Notes under the pieces: model-generated
Databases searched by the model: none
Told to the model about the DNA's origin: nothing
Seen by the model: only the letters and a program-made list of their open reading frames with translations
Part shown: piece after piece, positions 60,632 through 64,000 of the stretch
Layout of the letters: every line of letters starts with the position of its first letter
Numbering within the stretch: position 1 is the stretch's first letter
Assembly (NCBI GenBank): GCA_963782115.1
Contig: CAWAIK010000003.1
Location: 416,001 to 480,000 of the forward strand
Origin: an uncultured Verrucomicrobiae bacterium
GTDB lineage: Bacteria > Verrucomicrobiota > Verrucomicrobiia > Chthoniobacterales > JAFAMB01
DNA: 64,000 bases
Direction: 5' to 3'
Made by a program: the position numbers and the translations under genes

Positions 60632-61833
60632 GGGCTAGTTGTCGTGTAGTTGATCGCCCTAAAGCAATGACGGAGCGAGGCGATGACATTAACATCTCTC
60701 GGTTTGCGTCTCCGAACGCGAGGAAGCGTGTCTCTACCCATTTTAGTCGCGCAACCCATCGGACTGCGGCCAGATGGCTGGTTTTGTCGGCATTAGTTAC
60801 GCTGTCGGCCTGCCATAAGAAGGCAGAGGCCACTGCCACTGAGGTGCGTCCGGTCCGAACAATTACCGTTGCCGTACAGCCCGCAGAGGAGACAGTTGTG
60901 CTAACGGGCCATATCGAAGCTGAAAACGAGGCCGCGTTAGGTTTTCGAATTTCGGGGCGGATGATTGAAAGGCTGGTCAACATGGGTGATCGGGTTAAGG
61001 CTGGGCAATCGTTGGCCAAACTGGACTCCCAGGACGAGCAGAACGGTCTTCGTTCCGCTCAGGCCAATCTTGCAGCTGCGCAGGGACAATTGACCCAGGC
61101 ACGCAATAATTTCGAACGGCAGAGACGCCTTTTGGAGAGGGGGGTTTCGAGCCGAGCCGAGTTCGATCATGCGCAGGAAGGGTTGCAGACCGCACAAGCG
61201 CGTGTCGATGATGCCGAAGCCCAGCTAAAGCTTGCGCGCGACCGGTTGAGCTTCACTGAACTCAAGGCCGACGCTGCCGGAACGGTCACGGCACGAGGCG
61301 CTGAAGCCGGAGAAGTCGTACAGGCGGGCCAAATGATCGTTCGCATCGCCCGGCAGGACGGACGGGACGCGGTGTTTGATGTACCGGGCCAACTGTTGCG
61401 CTCGGCGCCGACTAGCGTAGAGATCACTGTGCACCTGGCGGAAGATCCCAGCGTGACAGCAGTTGGACGGGTGCGGGAGGTGGGCGAGCAAGCTGACCCG
61501 GTGACAAGAACCTTTCAGGTCAAGGTCGGTTTGACTGACCCGCCGCCGGCAATGCGGCTAGGTTCGACTGTCAACGGAAGTGTCCAACTGAATTCGGCCC
61601 CGGTCATAACGATACCCGCTTCCGCGCTGACCAGAAGCAATCAACAGCCTGCGGTTTGGGTTGTCGACCCATTGAAGCTAACCGTGTCGTTGCGAAACAT
61701 CGAGGTTTCCCGATACGACCCGGGGACGGTGGTAGTTGGCCAGGGTCTGGATACCGGAGAAATCGTGGTAACCGCGGGCGTCCAAGCTTTGCATCCCGAT
61801 CAGAAAGTCCGCCTGCTGGCACCGAAACTATGA
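60628..61833 (+). CDS. RND efflux periplasmic adaptor (MFP)
   Basis: Lipobox LSAC; LGFRISGR, GD.VKAGQ, ADPVTRTF; start uncertain. Confidence 0.92.
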   Translation: MRASCRVVDRPKAMTERGDDINISRFASPNARKRVSTHFSRATHRTAARWLVLSALVTLSACHKKAEATATEVRPVRTITVAVQPAEETVVLTGHIEAENEAALGFRISGRMIERLVNMGDRVKAGQSLAKLDSQDEQNGLRSAQANLAAAQGQLTQARNNFERQRRLLERGVSSRAEFDHAQEGLQTAQARVDDAEAQLKLARDRLSFTELKADAAGTVTARGAEAGEVVQAGQMIVRIARQDGRDAVFDVPGQLLRSAPTSVEITVHLAEDPSVTAVGRVREVGEQADPVTRTFQVKVGLTDPPPAMRLGSTVNGSVQLNSAPVITIPASALTRSNQQPAVWVVDPLKLTVSLRNIEVSRYDPGTVVVGQGLDTGEIVVTAGVQALHPDQKVRLLAPKL

Positions 61834-64000
61834 TCAATCTTTCCGAATGGGCGTTAAAGCACCGCTCGTTTGTGATCTATCTCATGGTCGCGGCAGTTGT
61901 TGCGGGACTCGTGGCTTACTATCGTCTGGGCCGCAACGAGGACCCAGCTTTCACTATCAAGACGATGGTCGTTCAGGCCGCCTGGCCCGGAGCGACCCTG
62001 GAAGATACCGTTCAGCAGCTCACTGAGCGACTCGAGCGCCAACTTCAGGAGACGCCCAACCTGGACTATGTGCGCAGCTACACCAAAGCCGGATCTACGA
62101 CCATCTTCGTCAACCTCAAACAGGCGACCAGGGGAAGCGAAGTGGCCGACATCTGGTATCACGTACGCAAGAGCATCGGCGATATTCGTCACACACTGCC
62201 GGACGGCGTCGTGGGTCCCGGCTTTAACGACGAGTTCGGCGATACGTACGGAATCATTTACGGCTTCACTGCTGACGGGTTCACCCATAGAGAGCTTCGT
62301 GATTATGTCGAGGGTATCCGCTCGCGGCTTTTACAGGTGCCGGACGTCTCGAAAATCGAACTTCTCGGCGCGCAGGACGAAAAGATCTTCGTCGAATTCT
62401 CGACGCAACAACTGGCCGGTCTCGGGATCGATCGGTCCGCTCTAGTCTCCGCGCTTCAGGCGCAGAACCTGGTTATCCCTTCCGGCACCATCCAGACAGG
62501 TAACGAAAAGCTTCTACTCCGCGTGTCCGGCGCGTTCGATTCTGAAGCAAGTATCCTGGCGGTCAACTTCGTCGCGAACGGCCGCCTGATCCGTCTTCGC
62601 GACATTGCCCAAGTCCACCGGACCTATGCGGATCCGCCGCAACCGATGTTTCGGGTCAACGGAGAGGCAACCATCGGTCTTGCCATCGCTATGCGGGAAG
62701 GAGGCGACATTCTTGCCTTGGGAAAGAGTGTTAAGCAGGTCATGCATGAGATCACAGCCAATCTCCCCATTGGCATCGAGCCGACGCTGGTAGCCAATCA
62801 ACCCCATGTGGTTGACCACGCCATCGGCGAGTTCACGACGTCACTTTGGCAGGCCATTGCCATCATCATAGCTGTGAGCTTTGTCAGCCTCGGATTTCGA
62901 GCCGGCACGGTGGTCGCCCTTTCGATCCCGCTGACTATTGCCCTGGAGTTTCCCGTCATGCAGATTGCCGGGATCGACCTCCAGCGCATCTCGCTCGGCG
63001 CCCTTATTATCGCGTTGAGCCTGCTGGTCGATGACGCCATGACCACGATCGATGTCATGACCTCGCGACTTAAGGAAGGGGACAGCAAGGAGCAGGCGGC
63101 GACCTTCGCTTACGACACGCTGGCATTACCGATGTTAACCGGATCGTTGGTGACCGCGGCGGCTTTCATACCAATCGGTTTCGCGAGAAGCGGGGCGGGC
63201 GAATACACGTTTTCTATCTTCGCGGTGGTCGGCATCGCGCTGATTGCTTCCTGGTTCATCGCCGTTCTCTTTGCACCGTTGTTGGGAGTGGCGCTCCTTA
63301 CCAGGCCAAAGAAGACAAAATCCGGCCGGCCCCACGTGATCCTCCGTGTCTTTCGCGGGTTTCTGATCGGCGCTATGCGGGCGCGGTGGCTCACTATCGC
63401 CTCCACCATCGCTTGTTTCCTCCTCGCCCTTCTGGCCTTGCCCCATGTACCACGGCAGTTCTTTCCTTCCTCAGATCGCCCGGAGCTTCTTGTCGATCTC
63501 AGGTTACCAGAGAATGCCTCGATTTACGCGAGCGAAGAGGCGGCCGAACGGCTGGACGGTTTGCTTAAGGGTAATCCCGATGTCGAAGGATGGAGTACCT
63601 ATATTGGTCGGGGTGCGATTCGCTTTTATCTGCCGCTGGCTGTTGAGCTGCAGAACGACTTTTTTTCTCAGGCCGTCGTCATCGCCAGGGATTTGGCGGC
63701 CCGGGAACGGCTCCATGCGAAGCTGGATGCAGCGCTCGCGGAGCAATTCCCGGCTGCAGTTTCGCGGGTTTCAACGTTGGGCATCGGTCCGCCTGTGGGT
63801 TGGCCCGTGCAATATCGAGTCAGCGGTCCTGATCTGAACGAGGTGCGGGATATCGCGATGCAACTGGCTGGGGTCATGGCCATGAACTCCACCATCAGAA
63901 AGGTCAATTTCGATTGGATGGAGCCGGCGCGGATGGTTCGCATCCGCATCGATCAAGATCAGGCGCGGTTACTGGGGCTTAGTTCCCAGGCCATCGCCGC
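61830..64000 (+). CDS. RND efflux permease (AcrB/AcrD/AcrF family), runs off window
   Basis: Not in the ORF track; MINLSEWALKHR...LGRNEDPAFTIK...WPGAT; SLGALIIALSLLVDDA. Confidence 0.93.
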   Translation, partial: MINLSEWALKHRSFVIYLMVAAVVAGLVAYYRLGRNEDPAFTIKTMVVQAAWPGATLEDTVQQLTERLERQLQETPNLDYVRSYTKAGSTTIFVNLKQATRGSEVADIWYHVRKSIGDIRHTLPDGVVGPGFNDEFGDTYGIIYGFTADGFTHRELRDYVEGIRSRLLQVPDVSKIELLGAQDEKIFVEFSTQQLAGLGIDRSALVSALQAQNLVIPSGTIQTGNEKLLLRVSGAFDSEASILAVNFVANGRLIRLRDIAQVHRTYADPPQPMFRVNGEATIGLAIAMREGGDILALGKSVKQVMHEITANLPIGIEPTLVANQPHVVDHAIGEFTTSLWQAIAIIIAVSFVSLGFRAGTVVALSIPLTIALEFPVMQIAGIDLQRISLGALIIALSLLVDDAMTTIDVMTSRLKEGDSKEQAATFAYDTLALPMLTGSLVTAAAFIPIGFARSGAGEYTFSIFAVVGIALIASWFIAVLFAPLLGVALLTRPKKTKSGRPHVILRVFRGFLIGAMRARWLTIASTIACFLLALLALPHVPRQFFPSSDRPELLVDLRLPENASIYASEEAAERLDGLLKGNPDVEGWSTYIGRGAIRFYLPLAVELQNDFFSQAVVIARDLAARERLHAKLDAALAEQFPAAVSRVSTLGIGPPVGWPVQYRVSGPDLNEVRDIAMQLAGVMAMNSTIRKVNFDWMEPARMVRIRIDQDQARLLGLSSQAIA

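Larger units (their letters stand above)
46716..64000. mobile_element. Putative decayed genomic island at tRNA-Gly (right end outside window)
   Basis: Starts at a tRNA with an att-like scar; no core genes; many pseudogenes and an IS relic; no integrase seen. Confidence 0.55.

Overview
Bacterial chromosomal window, most likely from a soil-type Verrucomicrobium (Chthoniobacterales/Spartobacteria-like). This is inferred from a PVC-signature small basic protein, an LpxL-WaaF fusion and the repeat families present. An intact housekeeping backbone (secA, RRM protein, miaA, pseudouridine synthase, rhodanese/IscU-like/SufT cluster, membrane glycosylation cluster, hrpB, DEAD-box helicase, purC, tgt, rpoZ, smpB, MMPL, lpxL-waaF, xer recombinase, tRNA-Gly) is interrupted by three accessory zones. 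Zone 1 (about 14.1-20.6 kb) includes a 4.3-kb insert bracketed by a 266-bp direct repeat of the hrpB upstream region. Zone 2 (about 31-39 kb) carries stress, signalling and GH3 genes. Zone 3 is an island that starts at tRNA-Gly(TCC) at 46.7 kb and runs off the window. It holds many pseudogenes and an IS1380 relic, but also an intact unit of a variant iota-type (COG4337-like) carbonic anhydrase, a BicA-like SulP transporter and an RND pump. The best candidates for undescribed biology are the HKSA-variant iota-CA/SulP module, the CxxC-rhodanese/IscU/SufT operon with no cysteine desulfurase, the Agl23-like GT-C glycosylation cluster, a PAS-DHp-only protein, an RRM protein with a possible membrane-targeting helix, and a rod-like candidate ncRNA upstream of tgt. 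No CRISPR array or rRNA was seen. All family assignments come from reading motifs by eye; no database search was run.
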